Assembly (NCBI GenBank): GCA_000091205.1
Contig: AP006491.2
Length of the DNA: 64,000 bases
Direction: 5' to 3' (one strand)
Origin: Cyanidioschyzon merolae
Taxonomy: Eukaryota
Shown: positions 21,501 through 33,014 of the stretch, one piece after another
Position numbering within the stretch: the first letter of the stretch is position 1
Layout: every line of letters begins with the position of its first letter
The notes under the pieces: generated by a model
Database searches by the model: none
Seen by the model: only the letters and a program-made list of their open reading frames with translations
Told to the model about the DNA's origin: nothing
Made by a program: the position numbers and the translations under genes

Positions 21501-23953
21501 TCCAGTGAATGCAATGTATCCTGTGGATCGAAGAAAGGTCCTGGAGAGACTCTATGCTGTAACTGCTTGCTTGAGAAAAAGGCGACCGTACCCGTCCAGC
21601 GTAGCCATTCTACGCTCATCGTAGGGATTAACTGGCCTCCTCGTTCTCCGCAAGACGAGCGCCGTGCGCCCGAAACAGTACGTGTCACTCTCTATCGATA
21701 TGACGGTTTTATGGTCGATCCATTCCATACTGTCTCTAAAAGATATAATTGAAGTAGCCGCATGGTCTGAAGCTACCGTGCTGTTGATGCGTCCGGTGAC
21801 CAGGAGACAGCAACGGACCGAGAAGGAAGCACGCTTCTGCGAGAGACCTTCGCACATGAGATGCCACACACTTGACTCTGGTAGTGCGCTGCGAACGCTG
21901 GGTACAGGGCCGACGGGTGTTCGTCTCACACGCTGAGACTGCATTCGTGAGAAACGGTAGACCTGTATATACGTACTCAGAAATGAGCAGGCCGTCGTTT
22001 CTAAAGTAGAGACAAATGAGCGTTCCGAAAACATCATCTCCAGCGGCGATGCAGTCTTGTAGTCGCCTGCGAATCCCAAACCGAATAGAATCGCATAGCA
22101 CTTGAGCTTTCATCGAAACGCTTTGCGGCTCCTGCTTCCCACATGCTTCCGTCCTGTTATTAGAAAACGTCGCTTCCCATGACTCAAGAGCTATCAAATA
22201 GAGCGCTGCTGCTTCTGGCGTTCATCTGGTCTCCGTACCGGCCTCGGCTCAGTGGTTCAGTCTAGCCGAAGGCATCCTCTCGGCAGGCAAACGCCATGTT
22301 CATGATCGTAGAACAGTCGCTAAGTCGTTCGTGTCCACGATATCCCTCTTGGACAACTCGCTGCAAGCCTTCACCAGCGGGTGAGCTGCTGCTTTGCTTC
22401 TCTGTCAGTGCGCGGGAGGGAGCGGAAAGCCGCGCTTCTGTCTAGAGATACGTTCGCGCCGAAGCAACCGACGAAAACGCACTCGAAGAACCGCAGAGAC
22501 GCACAGACGTAGGAACTGCGGGGTTCGGAAACCGCGTTTAGCCGGCGCGTCCTAGTCCTGAGGGAAAACTTGGATATAGATTCCAGCGAACACATGCATC
22601 CTCCATCGCCAAGTCCAAAACGAAGACGAAGAAACCACCAGACAAAGGAGAAGAAGACCCGCCCCTAAACGCGGACGCAATTCGACAAGAAAGGAAACGT
22701 TCGGGGCGCGATGGTTAGTCTGAAGCGGTTGTCAGCGCCATCCTCCAACATAAAACACGAACGGGGAGTATCCTGCGAAAAGTGACATGCAGGAGTCCAT
22801 CAGGGGTCGCTTGACGCACCTCGTCGAGCACTTGCTCCCAGAAGTGGTGGACGCCGGGCTTCCAGCCGTCCATATTCTTCGCGAATTCTTGAGCCAATGC
22901 TTCGTGCAACTACACAGCTGTGATGCTGCTGAGAAGATACAAAACGGCATGAATTGCCAGGATTCCATGGTATCGGCAGTCAGGCATCATGAACGCTACG
23001 AGGCACACCAACAACTGGAATGATATCATCAGGACCGAACTTGACCTTCTGAAATACGTATCGAGCTGGGAGCTATGCCCTGTACGCTTCACCGAGAGCG
23101 TCCATGGTCGTCCAGCTCGCTCATTAGGACAAAACTTGGCAGAATACATGAGAGCACGCTGGTGTCGCCAACAGTTCCGATTGCGTGGAAGCAAGAAGCA
23201 TGCATTCGTCAGCCTGAAGAATGAGCTCGAGACAGAAGCAAACGACACGTCGCGTCCTTTTTATTGGTATCCTACGGCGCTGGCGTACCGTACCGTCAAC
23301 GCTGCACGCGTGCACCGTCGACCAGACCATGCAACGAGTGCAGGAATCAATTCAACGGATTCCCGTCGATGCACTCAGGACGGTACCACCGCATCATGAG
23401 CATGGATTCACGCTAATTCATGCACAAAAGAGAAATCTGAAACGGAAACGAATGCATGAGATGGTGTACGCTACGCTGATCCAACACCAGACGGCGATGC
23501 AATGGTGTATCGAAGCGTCTGGCGATGGGTTGCGTTCCACGAGCGGGGACGCGCAGGCACCTGCTGCACTCAAACTCGAACGCTTCGATCCTCATCCTGA
23601 ACGATTTCGCAATGCCTTAGCACCCAAAGGCTTTGGGTCTAGCCAACTTTCAAGATCTTGGTTTAGGATTCTCAGTAGGCATTGTGTTGCTACGCGGAAG
23701 ACTGGTGATGAAAAGAATACTGGGGCCAGGAAACAGGGTATTCGACGCTCGCCTGGATCCGGGTACTGGTGTGTGGTAGCGCTCAGCCAGCGCGAAACAC
23801 CGCAGCGGCATACGTACATCGACACGGGAAACAATTTTCCTGGGCAATCGATGAACGACCATGATGTTCCATGAGTCCACGGTACCGAGTATACCACGCT
23901 TCGACCTGGTCAACGCATCTCTCTGCCCTGGAAAGCATTCCCATGGAATACGA

Positions 23954-26641
23954 TCATTGCAGCGTTGACGGGACCGGCGAGCGGCTGAGCGCACGTGCCA
24001 CATACCCAACCCGGTCGGCAATAATCCCATCGACCTGCCATTCTATGAGCTGCATCGCACAGTCGGGTACCGTGTTCGACCGGCCATAGCACATGACCAG
24101 GAGTCGGTACTTGTGATGCGCTAGCCGAATCAAGGAAGGTCCCGCTGCCAGGAGGATCTCGTTGAAGAATACCACGCCGCTGAGGCGTGCCTGCGAGGCG
24201 AACTCGAGCGCGCGCTCAGCTCGCAACCGGCGGGGGTCACTGTATACGACGTCGCCGTCACGGTCCTCAGAACAGAGGAAAAAAACGCGACAAACGTTTT
24301 GCTTGCGACGCAGCAGCAAACAGACTTCAGGATCGAATGAAAGGAACGAAAGGCGAGAACCAAGGCGAGCTGAGGCGTCTGCACCCCCGCGACGTACGGG
24401 CGCGAAAGCGACGCTGAAGACGGTGTCTAGTACGCGGTCTACGAGGTAGTTGCGCTCGGGGGCCGGCACCTGCTCTCGACCTGAACCCTCGGGAAGTGGA
24501 TATTTGATCTCCACAAGCAGGTGGACAAACGCTGGCACCTTTCGCAGCACGTGCTCTAAGGTCGGCATAGAGTCGCGGATTACCGACTGGTGTTGTCGAC
24601 AGTGGACACAGAGGTGGTATCCGCTGCGCGTTGGCTTCGCTTTTTCGGGTGCAGCGCTTGCCTCAGCGGCGCTGCTTCCATCGAATTGGCTCGAGACTTT
24701 TGACGACTTGTTCGACTCGCTGGGTAGTGTAACGAGCGACGCTGCCACGGACGCACCTCTCGACGGATCGCACCCGAACTCGCTAGTGTTCAGTGCCCAG
24801 GGCGCCGAACTGTGATCCATATGCCTGTTCAGGGCTTGGAAGCGCTCGGTTGGAGACGCCCGCTGCGCGTGGACGAAGGTGGTGACACCCTGATCCCGGT
24901 CGGTTTCAAGTGAGCTTGGGAAATCCAAATCTTTTCGTCGCAGCAGCAACGCCGATGCTCGCTTCCATTCCTCGAGATCCATGGTGAAGATGGGGCGCGC
25001 TACACAACAGCGACTTGGTCTGGCGTTCTGCGGACAGCGAGGGCGATGTTGCGGCCTGGGCACGCCGTATCCGCGTATGAAGCAAGCTGCGGAGGAAGGA
25101 GATTTCTCGCTGTCCTCGTCGTCGTCGTCGTCGTCGTCGTCGTCATCGTGGTCGATGTTGTCGTCCAGAGCATTGGATAGATAGGGCAGCTGCTGCCCGC
25201 CCCAGTCTTGGGAGATTTCCGGGCCGCTTGGGCAAGGATATACGCTGACCGAAGAGGCACGCTGCGGAAACAGGCCCACCTGCAGAGGCTCAGACTTTGG
25301 CTCCCAAAAATTTGGCGCTGCTGACCAGTCCGCTTCGAAGCCGGACGGTCCAAAAATATCGGGTGGCGGAATCGATGCTGAAGCGCTAACCATATCTGGT
25401 GGCGCTCTCTGAGAGCTAACCAAGCGGCCAGAGGAGGCGGTGACGCTTGTGCTACCGAGCCTGCGCTGCGGGTGCGGTAGCCTCAGGACTGCATCGTGGT
25501 GCACCACCGGTACTCCGTCTCGAGTGAGCTGAACATCGAGCTCGACCGCCCGAACATTCTTGCCTCGGATAGCCGCAAGAAAGCTGAGCAACGTATTCTC
25601 CTGCAACAACGACGTTGTCTGTTCGCCGTCTCCCCGATGACCGATGAGCGGCGTGCAGAGCAGCATCGATTCTTCCGCGGCAGCAGCGACGGGAAACGGA
25701 GCTTCCTCTGCAGAGTCTCCACTGAGCGTCGGGTCCGTTGCAGCGAAATGCGCCAGAATGAACCTGGGCGGCTTACTCCCGGGTCCACGAGTTTGTTCGA
25801 GGGCAGCGTTGAACGCAGCGCGGCTGTGCTGTCCCTGATACGGCTCGATCAACATGTACGAAAAGACAAATTCACCAACAACACGACCAAGAGCGGTCAC
25901 AATTGGCCTTTTCATGCGGAAACCGAAGCGATTCCCGTCTGCTGCGCGATGATCATCTCTGAGGAGGAGCTCCGACCCGAGCACCGCCGCTCGACCAAGA
26001 TACATGCGTTCGCTAACATCCGATCCCGGCTGCAGTGCGAAGAAAGCCACGACAAAATCGAAAGCATGAGGTGTGCCCTGAAACGCCACTGTACCCGACG
26101 GCGTTTGGTGTTGGCCCTCTTGAGGCAGACCAGCGCCCCGACGCGCCTGCAGCTCGGCGAACTCTGCAGTTATGGACTCGGCGTATGGCTGCGCAGGCTC
26201 CCCAAGCGGTGCATGCAGCCGCACTCGCCACTTGTTCGCGCCAAACGAAGTCATGGAGACGCGTTCAGCAAAACTTTCGAGGCTGACTAGCTCGGCGTCG
26301 CTGATAACAAAGTCGAGCTCAAGGTCGGCGCCAACTACGGACCAGCCACAGCCAGCACGAAAGCGCACACTTGACGCCACACACGGAGCTGCTGGGGCAC
26401 CGAGTGTCACGCGCAAAGAGCGCACACACTGCACGCCGGCGTCGTCTACCCACAGAGTGCCGGTCACCGGAGACCGTCTCCCTTCCATATGCGGTGTAAA
26501 CCAGTCGCCCGGCCTCGAAGCGGTGCCCATGAGCACGGAACCCACACGGTGCTCGTGCCCCGACTCCATTGTAAGTGAAGTGCAACTCTCCAACTGCTCT
26601 TCCTGAATCGTTCCAAGAAGTATACGGTTTGTTCGAGCCAT
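23954..26641 (-). CDS. Glycerophosphodiester phosphodiesterase with an N-terminal CBM20-like starch-binding domain (GPCPD1/GDE5-like architecture); contains a poly-Asp tract
   Basis: GDPD motifs LIGHRGDGEQTTSLLQENTLLSFLAAIRGKNVRAVELDVQLTRDGVPVVHHD and LVEIKYP are present. The N-terminal part (GSVLMGTASRPGDWFTPHMEGRRSPVTGTLW...ANKWRVRLHAP) is CBM20-like. The tract DDNIDHDDDDDDDDDDEDSEKS is encoded by (GTC/CGA)n. The Met at 26641 was chosen as the start. The longer ORF to 26731 begins in a (CA)n-encoded CVCVW stretch. Confidence 0.75.
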   Translation of the reverse strand: MARTNRILLGTIQEEQLESCTSLTMESGHEHRVGSVLMGTASRPGDWFTPHMEGRRSPVTGTLWVDDAGVQCVRSLRVTLGAPAAPCVASSVRFRAGCGWSVVGADLELDFVISDAELVSLESFAERVSMTSFGANKWRVRLHAPLGEPAQPYAESITAEFAELQARRGAGLPQEGQHQTPSGTVAFQGTPHAFDFVVAFFALQPGSDVSERMYLGRAAVLGSELLLRDDHRAADGNRFGFRMKRPIVTALGRVVGEFVFSYMLIEPYQGQHSRAAFNAALEQTRGPGSKPPRFILAHFAATDPTLSGDSAEEAPFPVAAAAEESMLLCTPLIGHRGDGEQTTSLLQENTLLSFLAAIRGKNVRAVELDVQLTRDGVPVVHHDAVLRLPHPQRRLGSTSVTASSGRLVSSQRAPPDMVSASASIPPPDIFGPSGFEADWSAAPNFWEPKSEPLQVGLFPQRASSVSVYPCPSGPEISQDWGGQQLPYLSNALDDNIDHDDDDDDDDDDEDSEKSPSSAACFIRGYGVPRPQHRPRCPQNARPSRCCVARPIFTMDLEEWKRASALLLRRKDLDFPSSLETDRDQGVTTFVHAQRASPTERFQALNRHMDHSSAPWALNTSEFGCDPSRGASVAASLVTLPSESNKSSKVSSQFDGSSAAEASAAPEKAKPTRSGYHLCVHCRQHQSVIRDSMPTLEHVLRKVPAFVHLLVEIKYPLPEGSGREQVPAPERNYLVDRVLDTVFSVAFAPVRRGGADASARLGSRLSFLSFDPEVCLLLRRKQNVCRVFFLCSEDRDGDVVYSDPRRLRAERALEFASQARLSGVVFFNEILLAAGPSLIRLAHHKYRLLVMCYGRSNTVPDCAMQLIEWQVDGIIADRVGYVARALSRSPVPSTLQ

Positions 26642-26673
26642 GAATATCGTTAATGATTCGAACGCCAGCAATA

Positions 26674-26695
26674 ACCACACACACACACACACATA
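26674..26695. repeat. (CA)n microsatellite
   Basis: ccacacacacacacacacacat, read directly. Confidence 0.9.
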
Positions 26696-26804
26696 GACAC
26701 CGTATTTTTCGGATAAGCGAATCTGGCGCATACCGATGCAATCGGATCAGGCGCCAGCATCGCAGCATCGATGCGGCTTCGTATCCGGGATGCGCGTAGC
26801 CGCT

Positions 26805-27170
26805 GCGATTCCGCGATGATGGACTAGATGGATGACGGGATCGAGCGATGATGGACTAGATGGATGATGGGATTCTGCGATGCTTTATTAGACGGATCAT
26901 GGGATCGAGCGATGCTTTATTAGACGGATCATGGGATCGAGCGATGCTTGACTAGATGGACGATGGGATTCAGCGATGATGGACTAGATGGATGATGGGA
27001 TCGAGCGATGCTTTATTAGACGGATCATGGGATCGAGCGATGATTGACTAGATAGATGCTGCGATTCAGCGATGATGGACTAGACGGATGATGCGATTCC
27101 GCGATGATGGACTAGATGGATGATGGGATTCATCGATGCTTGACTAGATAGATGATGGGATTCCGCGATC
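26805..27170. repeat. Minisatellite: about 11 tandem 32-bp units, consensus GATG(A/C)T(G/T)(G/T)ACTAGA(T/C)GGATGATGGGAT(C/T)(G/C)AGC
   Basis: Direct head-to-tail units (gatgatggactagatggatgatgggatcgagc / gatgctttattagacggatcatgggatcgagc ...) with no unique spacers, in the intergenic region between the GDPD and EFL1 genes. Confidence 0.9.
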
Positions 27171-27955
27171 GAGGTACGCGCACACCCGGTGATTGGCAGT
27201 TAGCGTCACAGTACCTGGGATGCCGCCGCTGGCCCTCTCGGGTGGTTCTGCTAAACGCCCTTTGGTGCAGTACACGCTCTAGCGGGGTTTCCATAAAGCC
27301 CCGAGTCGCGACCCTCAATCCACGACACGCACGCTGCAGTGCACTCCCTGGTGTTGCTTCGTCTGGCGATGAAGCACACGCGCACACGTGTCGGGCACGC
27401 GGGCGTGCATGCGCGGCATCGAGCACAGCGTCGGACACGTTGCCAGCCGCGATGCACCTCATTGGCGTATCGATAGGAAAGCGCGTTCGTGTGGAGTACA
27501 GGGAGCACATCGCTCCATGCAAGGTGTCAGGCGATAACTGCATGAAAACCGACAAACAAATCAGGCGGAAAAACACGCAAGAGATTTAACATGCAAGTGA
27601 CTAACGTGCGCCGGGTGTCCACTTGTTGCCCGCGGCCTCATCTCGTGACAAGATAATGTGCATCGCGCTACGGTACGCAGCGGTCTGTATGCACAGGTAT
27701 CAGGAAACGATGCACGAACGAGTGTGTGCATCGTCTCTGGTGTCTAATGCTGCTCGAGAGCGCTCATCGGTTCGTTGCCACGCAGCGGCGTGCTGGTCCC
27801 TGTCTCTGCGTGGACACCTTTGGAAACCCTGAACGTATCGGGATATGCATTCATATGCGCTGAGAGGCGAACAGGCTTGCCTGTAGAAGCTGGATTCGAC
27901 GTCCAACACCGGATGGTTGCAGCGGCAACGACAGCGGCGTCTGCATCGCCGGTTC

Positions 27956-30900
27956 CTACTTTTTACGAGCGAGCGTTCGTTGCTTCTCGGCACGCTCGAC
28001 GAGTTTATAGGCAACCAGCCGGCCTTTGCGTGCTCGGACTTGCTCCATCAAGTTACGCGCCAAGTTATTCATGGACGCGGTGGTGTCCTCCACGCCCAGT
28101 AATTCGATATCCTCGGCGGTGGCCGGGTACCAGAAGGGATCCTCTTCGATCACCTTCCAGTCGCCGACGAAGCGCAGCTCGACATCACTGGCGACGCCGC
28201 TACTCGCCCGGCGTATCTTCTCTGCAAGACCGAAAATCGCAGATGCAGGGACTAGTGCGCGAATGAAGAACGTGGAAGTAACCTGATACTCTTTGATTTG
28301 TTCGCTGAGCACTTGGGCGCGGGCTGCTCGCAACACAGTGTGAACCCGACCGAGAGCATTGGACGAGCACTGCACCTCTGTCTGGAAGAGCGGCTCGACA
28401 AGTCGCGGGTTCGCAGCCAAAAGCGCCTGGCGAAGCGCCTCTGTCAGAAGCGAGATCAGGCTGGTAGCGTCCCTGGTGGAGGAGGCGCTCAATGAACCGG
28501 CCCGCGTCGCTGAGTCCGATGTCTCTTGACATTCGTCTGCAACATGCACCACGAAGCAGACGCCCTGGAGAGGCTCCTCCACAAGGGGACCGGCAGCACA
28601 AACCACCTGGAACGCCGAAACCAGCGCCCGATACACTGTGGTCGGCAACGATCCCTCTGCGGCTGCCGTGGTGCTCGGGAGCGGCTGGCCCCAGACCTGC
28701 CGAAAAACGTCGCGAATTCTATCCCAGTGACGCATTTCAGAGCGACTTGCAGCTCCTGCGGCGTGTTCTGCTTCCGTGTTGGCTTCAGGAGCATCGCTTT
28801 CAAGGTCTTGGGGCCGCTCATGATGCGTGTGGTACCCGGCAGTCGCTGCCGTTGCCGCTGCCGCTGTCGCCGGTACCACCAACACGTTCGAACCGCAGTC
28901 GTGCGGACCCAGCGCTGCAGCCTGCTCCACCAGCATACGGAATAACGTCGCAAGGCGACGCTGAGCGGTACCGTCCGTTATGCTGCATTCATGCGGTGAG
29001 CATTCGGCTCCCTGCTCGACTAGCGCTGACGGTGCTGGACGCTGATCCGCGGAACCCGCATCTTCCATAACGGCCCGGTGGAGGCGCACGAGCAACTCCG
29101 CTTGGAGCCGTGGCGCAGTGGCAGGTCGCTGGGAGGCAACCCCACGCTTCGGTTGGAGAAAGAGTGAGCGCAGCGCGCCTCGACTCGAGGATTCCCATGC
29201 TTGCACGAACGTTCTCGGCAGTGGAGCTGCATAGATGTATAGCGTGATATTGTGGGACGGCAACGGCACCGGCACGATGCCGCCACCGAGGAGCACGCGA
29301 TGCTGCTCTTCGCGGTATCCGCTCCATGAGGCCCACTTTTCCAGCGCCGCAGCGCCGCTGAACGTTGACGAAGCGTCCGCCATTGAACCGAGTGCTGCAC
29401 GCTCGTGAACACTCGTCTGTTCGAAGCGTTCCGCCAGCGACTCGAGTACAGAATCGGTGTTTTCCGTCGCAGTGCTCGACTGGCCTGCACCATGCACAGC
29501 GGCGCCACTGAGGCCACCGACACCAGCCGATCGCGTGAGCAGGACGACCCAGGGGTTTGCGGGACTCGTCGACACTCCACCAGCAACCGTTTCCCGTACT
29601 GCCGTCATCGGTGCAGAGCATTTGACCGGCACACCCGCGAAACGTTCTTCGAGGTCGCACAGGCAGCGCTGGAGGTGCAGTTCTCCGCTGACACCGAGCA
29701 CCATTTCGCCTGACCCTGAGATGAACGTCTCCACCGCTGGGTCCGCCTGATTGAGGAGACGCAGGCCCCGACGAAGTCGTGGCAGATCAGAGAGCTGCGC
29801 TGCCGGCTCCACAGCGAAAAAAACCACCGGACTCGTCTGTCCGTGGCGCAAGAGGTTCGCACACGGCAGACAACGCCCCGGCGGAAGTGTCGAAATCGTT
29901 GCCGACTTGAGAATCACCTCCCCGACACCATACAGTGCAACCACTGCACCAGGTACGAGCCGTTGTCGAACTGATGTCTCCGTCTCCATCCGGTCTCTGA
30001 GCGAGGCGACGTCTCGTCCATGCAGCAGAAAGGCTTCCAGACGCGCATCTGGAAGCCGCACACAGAAAGGTTCCGTGTGTGTCTCTGCATCTTCGGCGTT
30101 ATACCGAGGTCCGTACACGAACAGTTCACCAAACCGCGAGGAAACCTCCACTGCACCGCAGAGAATACGGCCCAGTGCGAGCTGGACCTGCTGGTCTCGT
30201 TCGAAACGCTGCTGGGGCTCCCAGCACTCGTCCTCCTCCTCCTGGGTGTCGGAACCCGCCGGAGGGCGCCTAGCCGGGCGTGCCGCCACGCCGAGTGCCG
30301 CAAGCGCAGCGCCCTCGACACCCATCACTTTGCTCACATAAATCATTACCGGGGCTTCGTCGGAGATGTCGCCCTCGCTGATCGCCCTGGCCAGTACCTG
30401 GGCCAAGGGATGCTGCGTAGCATCATGAGGCCACAGATTTCCCAGCCGCTGCCGGTTTGCGATCACGGCAGCGGGTACCAGGTCCACCACAGCGTCCAGC
30501 ACGGTCTGACTCAACGGCAACCAGCGAGAGAGCATACTCTGCAGCGCATAGCGCCCATCGCGATGAAAGAGGTCGCGCTCTGGAACGGCAATGCCGAGTC
30601 GCTCGACCAAACGTTGCCGCTCGGAGCGGTCGACCTGCTCATCATTGGCACTCTTGACCAATCGTTGATAGAGGTAAGCGATTGGTTCAAGGACAAACTG
30701 CGCAAAAAGACTCCGTGGTGGGCGTCCGCTCGCTGTCAGACTTTCCCGGATCCGCTGGACCCGTTTCTGCTTAGCATCAATGTAAAAGTCACCCCAGAGG
30801 GTGCGATCGAGCACCTCCTGGCGAATCCCAAAGCGCTGCGCCACGAACTGGACCATATCCGCGAGCCGAAACGCCCATCCGTCCAAGGCAGATGCGAACA

Positions 30901-31756
30901 CCACGTTGCCAGCTGCTGGTTCGAAGAGGGTTTCCTCCTCGTGGACTTCCGCCTGATCCGTTGGCATTGATGGGTGTATTTCGACCGCAGGCACTGCTCG
31001 CGCCGTCACCTGAGCACTGGTACAGGTCGTCTCTTGATCGGGGGCGCACGCCCAAAGCGAGGCCTGCTCTTCCAGGCGCAGCCGCTGCTCTGCGATATGG
31101 GCGCCAAGCACAGCATTGGCATCCTCGAGAACACGTCGCAGGTGCAGGTATGCTTCGGTGGCATCCAGTTGCAGTTCCAGGAACAGTCGATCGATCTTGT
31201 TCAACACCAGAATCGGCTGGAGTCCCTCGCTCAATGCCTGCCGGAGAACTGTGCGTGTTTGGCTGCAGACTCCCTCAACGACATCAACGACGATGAGCGA
31301 GCCGTCACTGAGCCTTGCAGCTGCCGATACCTCAGCTGCGAAATCCACATGACCCGGCGAGTCCAGCAACGTTACGACGTATTCGTCTGCGGCTTTCGTG
31401 TTGGCTTCGCGACCACCATAGCGATGATAGAGCGTGACGCCTGCCGACTTCATGGTGATGCCTCGATTCTGCTCATCGTCGCGAAAGTCCAGATATCGCG
31501 CTTTGCCTACGAGTCGCTGAGAGAGAAAACCGTTCGACATGAGCAGGGAGTCCGTCAGCGTGGTCTTTCCATGGTCTATATGACCAGTCACGCAGATGTT
31601 ACGCAGTCGAAGTGGAGCCTCCGTCAAAATTCGGCGAATGCGGTGGAGCCTCTCGAGCTCTCCGCCGGCCGGTGAGCGGCTTGGCTGACGGAAACGTCGC
31701 CCCGGCGGGTGCACTGTGGAGGTTTCCGGAATGCGTTCTTCCGCGGGTAACAACAT
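27956..31756 (-). CDS. EFL1: Elongation factor-like GTPase 1 (EFL1/Ria1; 60S ribosome maturation GTPase), unusually long at 1266 aa
   Basis: G1 NICVTGHIDHGKTTLTDSLL, switch DEQNRGITMKS, G3 LLDSPGHVDF and G4 LVLNKIDRL are all present. The EF-2-like domains carry large insertions. Human EFL1 aligns closely at IRNICVLAHVDHGKTTLAD...DEQIRGITMKS. Confidence 0.85.
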   Translation of the reverse strand: MLLPAEERIPETSTVHPPGRRFRQPSRSPAGGELERLHRIRRILTEAPLRLRNICVTGHIDHGKTTLTDSLLMSNGFLSQRLVGKARYLDFRDDEQNRGITMKSAGVTLYHRYGGREANTKAADEYVVTLLDSPGHVDFAAEVSAAARLSDGSLIVVDVVEGVCSQTRTVLRQALSEGLQPILVLNKIDRLFLELQLDATEAYLHLRRVLEDANAVLGAHIAEQRLRLEEQASLWACAPDQETTCTSAQVTARAVPAVEIHPSMPTDQAEVHEEETLFEPAAGNVVFASALDGWAFRLADMVQFVAQRFGIRQEVLDRTLWGDFYIDAKQKRVQRIRESLTASGRPPRSLFAQFVLEPIAYLYQRLVKSANDEQVDRSERQRLVERLGIAVPERDLFHRDGRYALQSMLSRWLPLSQTVLDAVVDLVPAAVIANRQRLGNLWPHDATQHPLAQVLARAISEGDISDEAPVMIYVSKVMGVEGAALAALGVAARPARRPPAGSDTQEEEDECWEPQQRFERDQQVQLALGRILCGAVEVSSRFGELFVYGPRYNAEDAETHTEPFCVRLPDARLEAFLLHGRDVASLRDRMETETSVRQRLVPGAVVALYGVGEVILKSATISTLPPGRCLPCANLLRHGQTSPVVFFAVEPAAQLSDLPRLRRGLRLLNQADPAVETFISGSGEMVLGVSGELHLQRCLCDLEERFAGVPVKCSAPMTAVRETVAGGVSTSPANPWVVLLTRSAGVGGLSGAAVHGAGQSSTATENTDSVLESLAERFEQTSVHERAALGSMADASSTFSGAAALEKWASWSGYREEQHRVLLGGGIVPVPLPSHNITLYIYAAPLPRTFVQAWESSSRGALRSLFLQPKRGVASQRPATAPRLQAELLVRLHRAVMEDAGSADQRPAPSALVEQGAECSPHECSITDGTAQRRLATLFRMLVEQAAALGPHDCGSNVLVVPATAAAATAATAGYHTHHERPQDLESDAPEANTEAEHAAGAASRSEMRHWDRIRDVFRQVWGQPLPSTTAAAEGSLPTTVYRALVSAFQVVCAAGPLVEEPLQGVCFVVHVADECQETSDSATRAGSLSASSTRDATSLISLLTEALRQALLAANPRLVEPLFQTEVQCSSNALGRVHTVLRAARAQVLSEQIKEYQVTSTFFIRALVPASAIFGLAEKIRRASSGVASDVELRFVGDWKVIEEDPFWYPATAEDIELLGVEDTTASMNNLARNLMEQVRARKGRLVAYKLVERAEKQRTLARKK

Positions 31757-33013
31757 CGCTCGGTTGAGCGTTTTAATCGCCTAGAGAAAGGAGCCCGGTG
31801 GTGCAAGAGCCTTGTTTGCTCGGTAGTTCGTCGAACAAGATGACAGGCTCGCGCCGCCACCTCTCGTACAAGTTGCCAGTATACTCAAGACCAGCACTGG
31901 CTTTGTGTTCATGGCCCTGAAGCCTTTCAGGGGCGGCTGCTCGTTTCGATACAACTTATGTATTTACGCGGTGAACGAGATACCTAGAAACGACTTGCGC
32001 GTACCACAATGGGAGAACGTCGAGAACGTTTGCAGAGCGTTTCAGGAAGACGTCCGATACGGACATCGTTCTTGGTAAGCGCTGGCAAGGGCACTGCTTC
32101 TCTGCGGTTATAGCAGCAGCTACCCAAGAGAAGAGGGTAGGTAGTTGAACGTTGGCGTTAAACTGCGACTGGTTTTCTGTTTTTATAAAAGCAGCTACTT
32201 CCGAGATGAAGGGAACTAGATGAACGTAAGCACCAGATAAAGCGACGACGCCTCTGGCGCAGTCGTAGCGCTTGCTCAGAGATAAACAGGGCTGGACACC
32301 ATCACTGGAGCACCAGTCCGTATGCTGTATCTCAACAAGGCGTGCTGTTTCGATTCACAACGAACTGCGGTGTGGTGGCCCGTTTGCGCGAGACGCCTAT
32401 CTGTGCACCAGCAAACGCTGCAGCGTAACAGTGCACTTGTCCGGAATACGTCTCCGCGTTGCAAGGCGCTGGTGCGGTGGCGTTGCGCCTCAGTGGAAAC
32501 CTTCAGCTCAGTCGTGGTGACTTGACGTTGCCTGAAACTCATAGGCTCAGAGAGAGAGAGAGCGGAACTTGTGGGGAACAACGATCGACTTCATGGTGCT
32601 CGGCTGGAGACGGTTTCCCTGCGCAGTTCCTGGTCCCGCAGAGGCCTGTGAGCATCGGCTCCGATAAAGAGCTCGTGGTACGCTCTCGGCTGCTCGCGGC
32701 GAACTTCAGATGTATCCATGAGACAGGTCGTTCCTTTGCTCACTAGAAGAGACGAGCAGTTACATAACAAATTCATTTATTCGTACCTGGATAGAGGAAA
32801 TGTTCAGACACACACCAGAGCGGCCGAGCAGCAAGCGCGATGACCCCGGCTGGAACAGCGTGGAACTCGTCATGCCTGTTCCAAGCGGTTTCGCAACCCA
32901 AAATGCGTTTGCAGTGGCGTCATCTGCTGAATTCGAGTCGAACAGAACGCTTCTATGTTGCGGTCGATCGTCGACATGGCTCGTTCTTTGGCAGGGAATG
33001 TCAAGGAATCTCC

Positions 33014-33014
<1 letters not shown>

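Noticed and set aside
22236-22300. tRNA-like D-arm string GGCTCAGTGGTTCAGTCTAGCC
   Set aside because: The loop is too long (15 nt). There is no matching T-arm (GTTCATGATC is non-canonical) and no acceptor pairing. Not a tRNA.
26642-26731. GDPD start at the first Met of the ORF (26731)
   Set aside because: That N-terminus (MRQIRLSEKYGVYVCVCVWLL) is encoded across the (CA)n microsatellite. The Met at 26641 precedes the CBM20-like domain cleanly.
26805-27170. Possible CRISPR array (regularly spaced 32-bp repeats)
   Set aside because: Units are directly tandem with no unique spacers between them. This is a eukaryotic minisatellite. The same applies to the 24-bp array at 58512..58878.
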